Part shown: positions 18,897 to 30,522 of the stretch, piece after piece | Numbering within the stretch: the stretch's first letter is position 1 | How the letters are laid out: each line of letters opens with the position of its first letter | NCBI GenBank assembly: GCA_963796285.1 | Contig: CAWCKW010000013.1 | Location: 384,001-448,000 of the forward strand | DNA from: Nitrospirota bacterium | GTDB lineage: Bacteria > Nitrospirota > UBA9217 | DNA length: 64,000 nucleotides | Direction of reading: 5' to 3' | Translations under genes and position numbers: made by a program | The notes under the pieces: generated by a model | Told to the model about the DNA's origin: nothing | The model's input: the letters and a program-made list of their open reading frames with translations, nothing else | Database searches by the model: none

Positions 18897-19184
18897 ATGA
18901 TGAAGGAAGAGCTTGGGGTTAAAAAGGTACGAACCATGGTGGTCCCCTTTCTGGCGGGTGGCTTGGTAGGAGCCGGAATTGCGCTCCTGCTGGCGCCGAA
19001 ATCGGGCAGGGAGCTGAGGAAGGACATCAGGGACATCGCCACGAGCACCGGCGATACAATCACCACAACCGTTGAGAAGGGCAAGCAGCTGTATATGGAG
19101 AGCACCGCAGCGGTCAAGAACGCCATCGAGGCAGGAAAGACGGCATACACCGAAACGAGGGAAAAACTTCGGAAGGTTGCATGA
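18897..19184 (+). CDS. YtxH domain protein
   Basis: FLAGGLVGAGIALLLAPKSGRELR. Confidence 0.88.
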   Translation: MMKEELGVKKVRTMVVPFLAGGLVGAGIALLLAPKSGRELRKDIRDIATSTGDTITTTVEKGKQLYMESTAAVKNAIEAGKTAYTETREKLRKVA

Positions 19185-19658
19185 TAATGAACCCTTGAAG
19201 CGCGACCAACGGCAGGGGGCGCGCTTCCCATTTTCGCCCGACATTAACCTATCGCTTTATACCATTCCTCCCCGGGTGACCATCTTCTCAAAGGAACAAT
19301 ATCTCGGGGACTTGTTATTGAAATTGCGTCGAGGATTTGGCGTTCTGATCCGCTGAACCATCTCAATAACGTCTTATTGCACGTGTTGTACTCATCCTCT
19401 ACGTACCGAATCAAACAAAGTATTCACTCCTTATGTGTTTCGGCCGAATAAATTCATCTCGCAACGTCTGGACCAACGTTCCCAAGGTCCACTTGAATCC
19501 GTCCTTTACCCCGAGCTATACCTGGTCATACGGCCCCTGCGTCCTCGAAACATCCTTTAATCAAGTGCTTTCTCATCCTTGGATGTTCTGTTATAATGAT
19601 CATGAAAACATGGTCATCGCTTTTTTCAATTCGCGCAGCAAAACAACCGGAGAACCTC

Positions 19659-22322
19659 ATGCCAGACGAACAGACCCGTATGCCGCACAAGACCATCTAT
19701 CTCAAAGACTATGCCCCGCCGGATTATCGCATCGAGACAGTGCTGCTCGAATTCGACCTTGACGAAACGCGGACACGCGTCAAGTCGCTCCTTACCATTG
19801 CCTCTCATCACGACCGAAGCGCGGCGGTCCGGCCGCTCGTGCTGAACCACGGAAACCTCCTGCTCAAAACGATATGGCTCGATGGGCGGGCTCTGTCCGA
19901 GCAGGAATACGCGCTCGACGACGCATCGCTCACCGTGCCCGGTGTACCGGAACGATGTTCACTCGAGATAGAGACCGAGATCAATCCCAAGGACAACACC
20001 GCACTCTCCGGCCTGTACATGTCGGGCAGCGGGTTCTTCACCCAGTGCGAGGCGGAAGGGTTCCGGAAAATTACGTTTTACCTCGACCGACCCGACGTGA
20101 TGGCGCGGTTCTTCACCACCATCATTGCGGACAAAACGAAATATCCCGTGCTCCTCTCGAACGGGAACCTGATCAAGAGCGGCGACATGCAGGACGGCAG
20201 ACACTTTGCCAAATGGCACGACCCCTTCCCGAAGCCCGCCTACCTCTTTGCACTCGTGGCCGGCAACCTTGCCCGCATCGATGATAAATTCACGACCATG
20301 TCAGGCCGCGACGTTGCGCTGCACATCTACGTCCAGCATCACAACAAGGACAAGTGCGGTCATGCCATGGATTCGCTAAAAAAGGCGATGAAGTGGGACG
20401 AGGAGACGTACGGCAGAGAGTACGACCTCGATATTTTCATGATCGTGGCAACGGACGATTTTAACATGGGTGCCATGGAGAATAAGGGCCTCAACATCTT
20501 CAACTCCAAGTACGTGCTCGCAAAGCCCGAGACCGCGACGGACTCCGACTTCCAGGGCATCATGGGCGTCGTGGCCCACGAGTACTTCCACAACTGGTCC
20601 GGCGACCGCGTGACCTGCCGGGACTGGTTCCAGCTCTCGCTCAAAGAGGGTTTCACCGTGTTCCGTGACCAGCAGTTCATGGAAGATATGACCTCCCTCG
20701 GCGTGCAGCGTATCGGCGATGTCAACATCCTGCGCAGCCACCAGTTTCGCGAAGACAGCGGGCCCATGGCCCACCCGGTCAGGCCCGAGTCGTATGTCGA
20801 GATCAATAATTTCTACACCCTCACCGTGTATAACAAGGGCGCAGAAGTGATACGCATGATGAGGGCCATCCTCGGTCCAACGGGATACCGAAAGGGCACG
20901 GACCTCTATTTCTCGCGCCACGACGGTCAAGCGGTCACGACCGATGATTTCGTCAAGGCCATGGAGGACGCGAACGATACCGACCTCTCCCAGTTCAAGC
21001 GCTGGTACTCACAGGCCGGGACTCCGGAACTCCAGGTCAGTCGTTCCTATGACGCACGGCTTAATCGATACACCCTGACATTCAGGCAGACCTGCCCTCC
21101 TACGCCGGGCCAAACGGAGAAGAAGCCGTTTCACATTCCCGTTGCCATTGGTTTGCTCGGAAGTGACGGGAAGGACCTGAAGGTGAACATCGAGGGGGCG
21201 ACGCGGGGACAGGGAGATACGGGGACGGTGATTCTGGAAATTAAAAAATCCGAAGAGACCTTCGTCTTTACCGACGTTCCCCTGGAGCCGGTCCCATCCG
21301 TCCTGCGCGGCTTCTCAGCGCCGGTAAAAGTAACGCTTGAGCTCACCGACGACGAGCGGCTTTTCCTTATGGCGAACGACAAGGATGAATTCAATCGCTG
21401 GGATGCGGGCCAGCAGCTAGGCGTCAAGATGATCCTGCGCCTCGTAAAGGATTACCAGGAGGGCACGGCGCTCTCGCTCGTTCGCTCCTTCATCGACGCC
21501 TTTAAAAAGACGCTTGAGAGCGGGCTGCGCGACAAGGCCTTTCAGGCCTTCGCGCTCGCGCTGCCGGGAGAGACCTATCTCGCGGACTTCATGACTGTGA
21601 TCGACCCCGCGGCCATTCACGAGGCGCGACGGTTCGTGCAGAAGACCCTGGCAGCGGAACTGAGGGAACAATTCCGTGCCGTGTATCACACGAACCAGGA
21701 CATTGGGCCGTATCGCCATGACCAGGAGGCCATCGGCAGAAGAAGCCTCAAGAACATCTGCCTGGCCTATCTGGCGGAACTCGAAGACGAGGACGGCCGC
21801 GGCCTTTGCATGGAGCAATTCAAAACAGCCGGGAACATGACCGACGTTGTAACGGCCCTGGCGAACCTGGCAAACATCGACTGCCCGGAGCGGAACGAGG
21901 CGCTCGCAACGTTCTACGAGAAATGGAAACACGATCCGCTGGTCATGGACAAGTGGTTTTCGGTCCAGGCCATGTCGCGCCTGCGGGGCGCGCTCGATAC
22001 GGTCAAGGAACTGACGCGTCATTCAGCGTTCAATATAAAAAATCCGAACAAGGTCCGCGCCCTCATCGGAGCGTTCTGCCAGGGAAACCCTGTGCGGTTC
22101 CACGATCCAAGCGGAGCGGGGTATGTCTTCCTGGCCGATCACGTCCTTGCCATCGATCCCATGAACCCCCAGATCGCGGCCCGTCTCACCACCGCCTTCA
22201 CGGCCTGGAAACGCTATGACGAGATACGCAAGGCCCTGATGCGTACACAGCTTGAACGGATCTTGAACGCGCCGAAGCTTTCCAAAGATACGCATGAAGT
22301 CGCGGCGAAGAGCCTTGTCTGA
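19659..22322 (+). CDS. pepN: Aminopeptidase N
   Basis: TQCEAEGFR, GAMEN, HEYFH, LKEG, YNKGAEV. Confidence 0.97.
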   Translation: MPDEQTRMPHKTIYLKDYAPPDYRIETVLLEFDLDETRTRVKSLLTIASHHDRSAAVRPLVLNHGNLLLKTIWLDGRALSEQEYALDDASLTVPGVPERCSLEIETEINPKDNTALSGLYMSGSGFFTQCEAEGFRKITFYLDRPDVMARFFTTIIADKTKYPVLLSNGNLIKSGDMQDGRHFAKWHDPFPKPAYLFALVAGNLARIDDKFTTMSGRDVALHIYVQHHNKDKCGHAMDSLKKAMKWDEETYGREYDLDIFMIVATDDFNMGAMENKGLNIFNSKYVLAKPETATDSDFQGIMGVVAHEYFHNWSGDRVTCRDWFQLSLKEGFTVFRDQQFMEDMTSLGVQRIGDVNILRSHQFREDSGPMAHPVRPESYVEINNFYTLTVYNKGAEVIRMMRAILGPTGYRKGTDLYFSRHDGQAVTTDDFVKAMEDANDTDLSQFKRWYSQAGTPELQVSRSYDARLNRYTLTFRQTCPPTPGQTEKKPFHIPVAIGLLGSDGKDLKVNIEGATRGQGDTGTVILEIKKSEETFVFTDVPLEPVPSVLRGFSAPVKVTLELTDDERLFLMANDKDEFNRWDAGQQLGVKMILRLVKDYQEGTALSLVRSFIDAFKKTLESGLRDKAFQAFALALPGETYLADFMTVIDPAAIHEARRFVQKTLAAELREQFRAVYHTNQDIGPYRHDQEAIGRRSLKNICLAYLAELEDEDGRGLCMEQFKTAGNMTDVVTALANLANIDCPERNEALATFYEKWKHDPLVMDKWFSVQAMSRLRGALDTVKELTRHSAFNIKNPNKVRALIGAFCQGNPVRFHDPSGAGYVFLADHVLAIDPMNPQIAARLTTAFTAWKRYDEIRKALMRTQLERILNAPKLSKDTHEVAAKSLV

Positions 22323-22508
22323 TCGATCAGAAAAGAGCATTTAGCCACAGAGGATGCGCGTGAAGGTTAGCATAGGCGGGATCACAGAGAAAATACCTTG
22401 ATCTTAAAATTGCCTCACCAATCAGGTGAAGCCATTCAAGCTCAATTGCATTTTATTTTCTCTGCGGATTTGCAGTGCTGCGCGGGCAACTGCCGTTTTC
22501 AGGTTGAT

Positions 22509-22712
22509 TCAGTATTGTATAAAAAACGGCAGCGCCATCAGCGCGACGCCGATCACAATACTGAGCCATACATTTGAGACAAAATAGGGAAAGACCATCA
22601 AGCCAACCCCGGAAAGAATCGCTATGACCCGTTGTTGTTTTTTTCCATACACAAAGTAGCCCATGCCGATCGAACCGTACAAAAGACCCCATAGCAAGGT
22701 TGAGCTGTCCAT
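22509..22712 (-). CDS. Small membrane protein
   Basis: GSIGMGYFVYGKKQ...LMVFPYFV; 2-3 TM segments. Confidence 0.7.
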   Translation of the reverse strand: MDSSTLLWGLLYGSIGMGYFVYGKKQQRVIAILSGVGLMVFPYFVSNVWLSIVIGVALMALPFFIQY

Positions 22713-22724
22713 GAAGTTAGCCTT

Positions 22725-23489
22725 TCACTTTTTCCCGTACCCGTGGTCCGGCGGCAAGTTGTCGCGCTGCGTCTGTTCCACGGCCAGGAAGTCGCACCGT
22801 TCGTTCTCCTGGTTGCCGTCGTGGCCCCTCACCCATGAAAAGCTCACCGCATGTTTTTCGCAGAGATCGAGAAGCCGCGACCAGAGATCGCTGTTCTCCG
22901 CGATCTCATCCTTGTTTCGCTTCCAGTCATTCTTTTTCCACCGGCGGGCCCACCCTTTTTCCATGCCATTGACGACATATTGCGAGTCGCTGTAAACGAT
23001 CACCGAAGACGTTCGTTCGAGCGCCTCAAGGCCTTTTATGCAGGCCGTCAATTCCATGCGGTTATTGGTCGTCCTCTCGAAGCCTCCGGAAAATTCGCTT
23101 CGAATGCCGCCTTTAAACACAACCACGCCGTATCCGCCAGCACCCGGGTTCCTGCTGCACCCTCCGTCGGCGTAGATGACCACGTCCGCTTCGGGCTTGT
23201 CCGTCCGATGATGCGCAAGGCCATCCATGACCGATTTCGGTCGGCGGGACGCTTTTTTTTGCGTGACCGTTTTCTCGGAGAGAGAAATAGGCAGTATTTG
23301 TTGTTTGCCCGCTGTCTTCGCGGACCATTTGTCGAGCCAGGCCTCCGCTTCTCCGCGGGACGCGAACCCTTTGTACTCAGCGCCGGGGAACCCCTTTATC
23401 TGCGCTTCCGCGCCAAGAGCGCCGAACCACTCGTCGTATATTCCCGGCCTGTGGCCTTTGCGGACTGCGTATGATTTATTCTTAGCCAT
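22725..23489 (-). CDS. rnhA: Ribonuclease HI with N-terminal hybrid-binding (Cauli_VI) domain
   Basis: YAVRKG..PGIY..W, DGGCSRNPG, TNNRMEL, SDSQY, WVRGH, NERCD. Confidence 0.95.
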   Translation of the reverse strand: MAKNKSYAVRKGHRPGIYDEWFGALGAEAQIKGFPGAEYKGFASRGEAEAWLDKWSAKTAGKQQILPISLSEKTVTQKKASRRPKSVMDGLAHHRTDKPEADVVIYADGGCSRNPGAGGYGVVVFKGGIRSEFSGGFERTTNNRMELTACIKGLEALERTSSVIVYSDSQYVVNGMEKGWARRWKKNDWKRNKDEIAENSDLWSRLLDLCEKHAVSFSWVRGHDGNQENERCDFLAVEQTQRDNLPPDHGYGKK

Positions 23490-23571
23490 ATGAACAAAGA
23501 GCGTAACTGCTCAGGTCCGTCCCACCCGACCCCTCCGGTTGTCCAATCTATACCGGTTGCCGTGTGAAGCG

Positions 23572-24219
23572 TTAAAAATGATACGCAGTGGTAAGCATGA
23601 AACTGAATCCGCTCCCGTTTAACCGGTCATCTATGGTTCCGCTATGATCAACGCCGCTTGCGTCGGTGTAATCTACATATCGGTACATGGTACCCAGGGT
23701 CACGGACACATGCGGAGTGAGGTATGCATCGATGCCCGCTCCAAAATTGGCCCCGGGCCCTGAGAGAGTTGCATCGCCTACTTCTCCAGTCGAGATATTT
23801 CTCGATCCATGATTGATAAGAAGCGAGTTACCGCTGATGCCGAACAAGAGGTATGGCTGCACCGTTCCGGATGATAAAAAGCTGTATTTACCATTGACGC
23901 TGAAACTGGTGTAACTGACATCACCCCGCTGCCCTGACCACCTACCCCTGTGCCATGAACTCATTAAGTTAAGTTCGATGGCACCCTGATCAGTTATTCC
24001 ATACCCGCCAAGGACGTCGATGCCAAAATCATTTTTAATGTCAGGCAAGAAAATTACTTCAGAGCCGTTCTGCAAAATACCCGCAGAGCCGTTAAAATCA
24101 CTCTCGAACGTGTTGTACGTGGCTCCAAGACCGACATAGAATCCCTGTTTTGCCTCGGCATCCGGGACTGCCGTAAGAACCATGATCGCCGCGATGAGTA
24201 TGACAATTTTCCCGTACAT
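23572..24219 (-). CDS. Outer membrane beta-barrel protein (OmpA/OmpW-like)
   Basis: Signal peptide, QPY motif, terminal YHF. Confidence 0.8.
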   Translation of the reverse strand: MYGKIVILIAAIMVLTAVPDAEAKQGFYVGLGATYNTFESDFNGSAGILQNGSEVIFLPDIKNDFGIDVLGGYGITDQGAIELNLMSSWHRGRWSGQRGDVSYTSFSVNGKYSFLSSGTVQPYLLFGISGNSLLINHGSRNISTGEVGDATLSGPGANFGAGIDAYLTPHVSVTLGTMYRYVDYTDASGVDHSGTIDDRLNGSGFSFMLTTAYHF

Positions 24220-24679
24220 ACAGGCCTCCTTGATATAATTATTTTACGATGTTGCCTATCGATACTTCGCAATGTCTAAACGAAAAATCACCACATCTGC
24301 CCTCATTCCTCAAATCCCCTTGCCTTCGTGCCTGATGGCGGGAAGTACTGAAACATGGCGACGCATGTTGCGAGCTGGAGGCACATGGCATAAGAAGCTA
24401 TCGTGGATGGAATTAATTATAGAGCTAATCAATCTATTGTCAAGGATGTTGATTGGTTATTCTGGGTGGTGCAGACGTGGAGAGAGTCGGGTTAGCGCTG
24501 AGCGCGGGGTATTTCAAATGCGGGTTTCGGTTTGTGGAAAAGTTGCGTGCCGTCGGCGTTTTATGACTTTCTCATTTCCTGCCGAACATTTGCGCCATCA
24601 GGTTCACTAATACGGACAGCAACGTGTCTCGTGCATCCATAAGATGAACGCAGTCCCCTGCTCTCCTATCGGCTTTTAT

Positions 24680-27600
24680 TCAAGCAAGTAATGCATTCAA
24701 CGTGTTCTGCAGCTCTTCTATATTATACGGCTTCTTGAGGAAGGCACGGAACCCCTGCTTGCGATAATTCGACAAGGCAGCGTCATCCGAGTAGCCGCTC
24801 GATACGACCGCTACTACATCTCGATCGAGCTCCACCAGCTTGCGCAGGGTCTCTATTCCGCCCATCCCTCCCCGGATGGTCAGGTCCAGGATGACAAGAT
24901 CGAAAGGAATGCCCGCGTCTCGCGCGGCCTGATAGACCTCCAGCGCGGTTTCACCGGATTCCACACAGACAACATCATGCCCGATAGAGGTCAGCAGTTC
25001 TCTCGAGACCTCTCTGATCATCTCCTCGTCATCCATGACCAGGACCCTTGCTTGCCGAGTCGCTGCGACGATGGTCGGGGCTTGCTGTTTTTCCACTGCT
25101 GCATTGGACGCGGGAAGATAAATAAAGAAGGTGGTCCCTTTGCCGATCTCGGACTGTACCCGTATCAGACCTCCGTGGTTCTTGATGATGGAATAAACTG
25201 TGGCGAGCCCCAGTCCGCTCCCTTTTTCTTTGGTCGTGAAGTATGGATCGAATATCCTCGTCAGATGTTCTGCAGGAATTCCGTTGCCCTGATCACGGAT
25301 CGCGATCTCCACAAGATCGCCCTGCAGGTCGGCTGGCGGGACAATCGACGCAGCGGCCATGTTCCGCACCGATACCCGGATCATGCCGCCCAGAGGCATG
25401 GCCTGGTCGGCGTTCAGCACGATGTTCTGGATCACCTGGCCGATCTGGCCCTCATCTGCTACGGCTGTGCGGAGGTCCTTGTCAACGGTTATCTCGTAGG
25501 TGATACGGGAGCCGCTCAGGGCGAACGCTACCGCGTTCTCGATGACCGACCGGAGATCAAGGGCCTTTTTCACCGGCTTGCCGCCCTTCGAGAAGGTAAG
25601 GAGTTGTGTGGTGAGGTTCACGGACTGGTGCAGGGCCTTTTCTGCCTGTGCGAGCATGGCGAGCGACTTGTCCTTCTGGTCGAAGGTGAGTTTGGCCATG
25701 GAGATGAACCCGAAGACACCCTGCAGGAGATTGTTGAAGTCATGGGCGATGCCGCCGGCGAGCGTGCCGACGGACTCGAGCTTCTGCGTCTTGAGCCGCT
25801 CTTCTTCGAGGAGGTGTTTTTCCGAAATATCCACGAGGAACGCCGCGATACAGGGACGTCCGTCATATTCCAATTTGACGGTGTTGATGCTCATCTGGAT
25901 GGAAGAGCCGTCTTTTCGCCTGATCGTCCGCTCCGTGTAATCCAGTTTTTCCTCGGCATGGGACTGAAAACCCGCGGCTGACCGTGACGCCTCCTCCGGA
26001 ATTGCCAGGTCCGTCGCTTTCAATGCATGGAATTCCTGTTCGCTGTAGCCCAGCAGGCGGCAGATCTCCGGATTGGCATACAGGATCTGCCGGGTCTCCA
26101 GATCTGCGACAAGGATGCCCGTGGACGCATGTTCGATAATGGACCGGAACCGGGCCTCCGAGGCACGAAGCGCTTTGTCCTGCTGGATGTGCTCGGTGAC
26201 ATTGCGCGTCAGGCCCAGCATCGCAACGATCTCGTCCTTTTCGTTGCGCAGCGGAACGGCATTCGTCTCCAGCCACACGTGGCGCCCTTTCATGCCGATC
26301 GCCTCGAACAGCAGGGTCCCGCTCTTGCCCTGGAAGACCTGCCTGGTCAGGTCCATAAACGACTGCGAATACTCGGACGTGATCATGGGGCAGATGCATT
26401 GACCTCTCACCTGGTCCAGTGAATCCGCCTGTATCATATCCAGCCCCGCGCGGTTCATCATGATCAGGTTCGCATTCTCGTCAAGCAGTTTAACGCATTC
26501 CGGTTCAGCGTCGATGATCGTCTGGAGCATCCGCTCGCTCCTCCGCCGTTCGTCCTCTGCCCGTTTTCGTTCCGTGATGTCCCTGATGATGTCCCGCGAG
26601 CCAACGATCCTGCCGTTATTAACAATGGCTGATGAACTGACCTCGATATCAACGAAGGTGCCGTCCTTTTTCCGAACTTTACCGATAAATCGCTGATAGG
26701 CCCCCTGTCTCGCCAATTCACTGAACGCATCTTCCGTGCGGGGAAGCTGCTCCGGTGGGATCATATCGCGGATGCTCATCGACAGAAGTTCCTCCCGGGA
26801 ATAGCCGAAAAGCTCCAAGGCGCGTTTGTTGACATCCACATAGTTCTGCTTGTCATCCACAATGACGATAGGGTCAATGGCGTTCTCGAACAGGTCCCGG
26901 TATCGTTCCTCGGACCTTCGCAGGTCCTCCTCCAACCGCTTTCTTTCGGTTACATCCTCGATCACCGCCTGGGAACGGACAACATTGCCTGCAGCATCCC
27001 GTTCTGCGGTCGCTGAAAGAAGCACATCAATCACGTCACCGTTCTTTTTTACGAACTGGTACGAAATATCCTTAAGTACGCCGTCCCGGAAGAATGCAGG
27101 CTGAATGACCTCCTGGGCATATTTACGCGATGCGTCTGTATAGAAATCCGTAATTTTTCTGCCGATCACTTCGCTTCGCTCATAGCCCATGGTTTTAAGC
27201 CAGTAGTCATTCACGTCGACGATAACCCTGTTCCGGTCTATGGAATGGAGCATGACCGGCGTTTCATTATAAAAGCGCCGGTATTTCTCTTCGCTCTGCT
27301 TCAGGGCAAGTTCGGACCGCTTGCGCATGCTGATGTCGGTAATCACGCCGATCAGGCCGAGTTCGTTGCCGTGGACGTCGTGGAGCCGCCTGCATGCAAG
27401 GTGGCCCAAAAACTGGGTGCCGTCCTTCCGCGAGTAGAGGCGTTCAATGTCCACGCAGGGAACCTCGCTTGCCAGCAAAGCCAGCATATTCTTCTGTGCG
27501 GTCTCCCTCTCCGACGGGTGCACATGGTCGACGTATTCGCTCCCGACAAGCTCTTCGAGCGTCCGCCCGAACATCTCTGCCATGCCCCGGTTGGCGTGGG

Positions 27601-28159
27601 TGATGCGGCCGGTCTTGTCTACCAGGCCGATCGCCACATTCGCGGTGTCCATTATCTGCCGCAGCATGGCGCCGCGCTCGGCGATCTCCTCTTCGGCCCG
27701 TTTTCGCTCAGTGATGTCCCGCAGGATCACGAGGGTGTAGTCTTCACCATTCTCCTGATACGAGGAAACATTGACCTCCATGTCGAACGCTGACCCATTG
27801 ATGCGCAGGCCGCGCGTCTCGTAGGCCGTCGGTACTGCCTCGCCCCGTTCTCGACGAAGGATATACTCTTTGATGTGGTCTCGGTTTTCGGGCGCAATGA
27901 GGTCCAGGACCGGTTTGCCGGCAAGATCGGTCCCCGGGGGAAACCCGAACAGTTCAAGATACGCGGGATTCACGAACACATGGATTCCGGCTTTTGAAAC
28001 GCCGATGGCGTCCCGTGAACTCTCGAAGACAGCCCGAAATCGAGCCTCGATCTGTGCGGACCTTTCGGTTGGAACGTCCGTGCTGCGTCGGCACGCGCCG
28101 CTTCGCGCACCCTTGGAGCCGGCGCTATTCTTATGAGAGGATTTCTCCTTGTCGGTCAT
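24680..28159 (-). CDS. Multi-PAS hybrid sensor histidine kinase with receiver domain
   Basis: About 6 PAS/PAC repeats, AHDFNNLL H-box, FDPYFTTK, GLGL, C-terminal REC domain. Confidence 0.95.
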   Translation of the reverse strand: MTDKEKSSHKNSAGSKGARSGACRRSTDVPTERSAQIEARFRAVFESSRDAIGVSKAGIHVFVNPAYLELFGFPPGTDLAGKPVLDLIAPENRDHIKEYILRRERGEAVPTAYETRGLRINGSAFDMEVNVSSYQENGEDYTLVILRDITERKRAEEEIAERGAMLRQIMDTANVAIGLVDKTGRITHANRGMAEMFGRTLEELVGSEYVDHVHPSERETAQKNMLALLASEVPCVDIERLYSRKDGTQFLGHLACRRLHDVHGNELGLIGVITDISMRKRSELALKQSEEKYRRFYNETPVMLHSIDRNRVIVDVNDYWLKTMGYERSEVIGRKITDFYTDASRKYAQEVIQPAFFRDGVLKDISYQFVKKNGDVIDVLLSATAERDAAGNVVRSQAVIEDVTERKRLEEDLRRSEERYRDLFENAIDPIVIVDDKQNYVDVNKRALELFGYSREELLSMSIRDMIPPEQLPRTEDAFSELARQGAYQRFIGKVRKKDGTFVDIEVSSSAIVNNGRIVGSRDIIRDITERKRAEDERRRSERMLQTIIDAEPECVKLLDENANLIMMNRAGLDMIQADSLDQVRGQCICPMITSEYSQSFMDLTRQVFQGKSGTLLFEAIGMKGRHVWLETNAVPLRNEKDEIVAMLGLTRNVTEHIQQDKALRASEARFRSIIEHASTGILVADLETRQILYANPEICRLLGYSEQEFHALKATDLAIPEEASRSAAGFQSHAEEKLDYTERTIRRKDGSSIQMSINTVKLEYDGRPCIAAFLVDISEKHLLEEERLKTQKLESVGTLAGGIAHDFNNLLQGVFGFISMAKLTFDQKDKSLAMLAQAEKALHQSVNLTTQLLTFSKGGKPVKKALDLRSVIENAVAFALSGSRITYEITVDKDLRTAVADEGQIGQVIQNIVLNADQAMPLGGMIRVSVRNMAAASIVPPADLQGDLVEIAIRDQGNGIPAEHLTRIFDPYFTTKEKGSGLGLATVYSIIKNHGGLIRVQSEIGKGTTFFIYLPASNAAVEKQQAPTIVAATRQARVLVMDDEEMIREVSRELLTSIGHDVVCVESGETALEVYQAARDAGIPFDLVILDLTIRGGMGGIETLRKLVELDRDVVAVVSSGYSDDAALSNYRKQGFRAFLKKPYNIEELQNTLNALLA

Positions 28160-28323
28160 GCATCCTCCTGCTGCGGAACATTCGGCAACTACTGGGCGGA
28201 GATCATCATACTGTCAAATTATAGCGGAAAAAACAGTGTTGCGCAGATATAGCATCCAGGTTAAGGCTGTGAGTGCGATCGTTCGACAAAAGAAGAAAGC
28301 GCCGGCAATGATACATCATACGT

Positions 28324-30244
28324 TTATGATGTGGTCATTACCCCGCCGAACATTTCCACAATCTTGTTGACTAACGCAGGCAGCGACGGGTCCCGTGCCC
28401 CCATGAGAAGAACGCAATCTCCCGGTCTCACTTCGGCCTGCAGTTTGGCCAACAATTCATCGCGACCGCTGACCGCTTGCGCATTGAATGCCACGGCACC
28501 GATGCCATTGATGATGTCCTCCGAGGAAATGTCCTTTTGTGCCGTACCCCCTGCATAATAGATCGGCAGGAGATAGAGCGAGTCATTTGGCCGGAAGGCG
28601 GTCCGAAAGGTTGCGATGTATTCATCCTTTAAGAACCGTGTCGGACCGAACCCGTGCGGCTGGTAGATGGCGATAATGCGGCCGGAAATGCCCCGCGCCG
28701 CGCGGACAACAGCCGCTATCTTTGCCGGATTATGCGCAAAGTCGTCGACCACATGCACGTTCTGCGTTGTCCTGGTCACGGAAAAACGCCGGGCCACACC
28801 TTCGTAATTTTTTACCGCTTCGGCAAGCGCCGTAGGCTCGCATCCGAAATGCTCGCACACGCAAAGCGCTGCGCGCAGGTTTTCAAGATTGTGATCGCCC
28901 GGAAGCGGCAGATGATATTCCGTGTCGCTCTTAAAAAGCTTGACCGAAGTCGGTAGGAGCTCGTAATGGTCCGGCCGCCAAGAGCCGGCACCATTCCGTC
29001 CGAAGCGTACGGTAGCGGGAAGGGACGCAAGGAGCGGATCGTCGGCATTTGATGCTGTCCAGGAAGAGTTTGAAATCAGCGTTTCGAAAAGCTGCTTTAA
29101 TCTCATCGGTGCTTTTGTGGTCTTTGGAAATATTCAGGATGACCGCTGCCTCGGGACGATATTTGACAAGCGTTCCGTCGCTTTCGTCCGCCTCTACCAC
29201 CAAAAGATCCGATCCGCCATGATAGGCATTGCCGATGAGCCCCTGTTTTTCAAGCCGGCGCAAACCGGCGCCGCTGATGAGCGAGGGCGATTTCTCGCAC
29301 GCAGTCAGGAATTCGAATATCATCGCGGTCACCGTGGATTTGCCGCTCGTGCCGGCGACGGCGATGGTCTTTTTCGTCGCGATGAGCGCGCTGAGCAGAT
29401 CGGAGCGATGGACGATGGGAAGTCCGCGGCTATGAGCCGCGGCGAGGTCGGGATTTGATTCTTCTATTGCGGTCGAGACGCAGACAACATCGGTGTCCGC
29501 GCCCACGCCTGAACCGTCCTGCTGAACAATGTCACACCCGAGCCCTTCAAGCGATCGGCGGATGGAGGCGGTATCCTCGCTTGCGTGGAACCGGTCGGAA
29601 CCCGAGACCGTGATCCCCTGGAAGCGCAGGTATTGCGCGAGCGCGCTCATGCCGCTGCCGAAGATACCGGTGAAATGGACGCTGCGGCAGGATCGCTCAT
29701 TGATAACGATGGGAGAAGGTTCGATGTACACGAGCGTGCCTTCTTTTACCATATCAAAAAGGCGAATGACGTCGTGATTGCGGAGGCACACGCACCCGTG
29801 CGAAAGGGGCCTGCCGATCAGGTCCTCGCGGCCGGTGCCGTGGATATAGATGTAGCGCTCATAGGAATCCACGCCCGTGCCCTTATTGATTCCCTGCTCA
29901 AGTCCTTCTAGCCGCAGGATACGGGTCAGGATCAGGTTGTCTCCGGTCTGGCTGTGGTCCCAATCCTCGCCCGCATCCTCGCGGTCCCGGAAAATGCGGC
30001 CGGGAGGCGCACCAGCCCCGAACTTCTCCTTGATCCGATGAACACCGAGCGGCGTTTTGAGCGAGTTCTCCCGATTGCCATTGCCGAAACGGGAGGTTGA
30101 GCAGTCATATCGCTCGACAATGGTGTCATTCATGCAGACGAGAAGCGTTTGCGTCTCGATCGACACCACGATAAAAAGGTCCGCTGGATCGGCCAACAAC
30201 CGTTGCAAATTTTTGTAAATACCGGGTAATCGAGCTGTTTCCAT
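28324..30244 (-). CDS. YkuD (L,D-transpeptidase-like) domain fused to MurC/Mpl-type ligase; +1 frameshift near 29097
   Basis: IYIHGT...SHGC, then GIFGSGMSALA, AGTSGKST, EADESD, DH; C-terminal part (GDHN, DDFAHNP, YQPH) is in the 28324-29106 frame. Confidence 0.85.
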
Positions 30245-30522
30245 AAGAGGGTCGCTGCGTTCATTCCTTTGCAGGAGTGGTATTTTAACCCGTTCAGTTG
30301 CAGACGTCTATAGAAGAAAACCATGAGATGGGTTCCCACTCGCTGTCGAAGCCAGGCACACCGCACCTACCACTGCGAATGTTTTTTGAGGTCTGCCGTA
30401 ACTTTGCTTTTCATCCAATAGCTCCTGAAGCGTATTTGGAGTGGTTGCGGAGCCGCATTGCCGGCAAGTCCCGGCAAGCTCAATCTCGAAGAGAGGTCGG
30501 TCACCGTCGATCCGCGACAACG

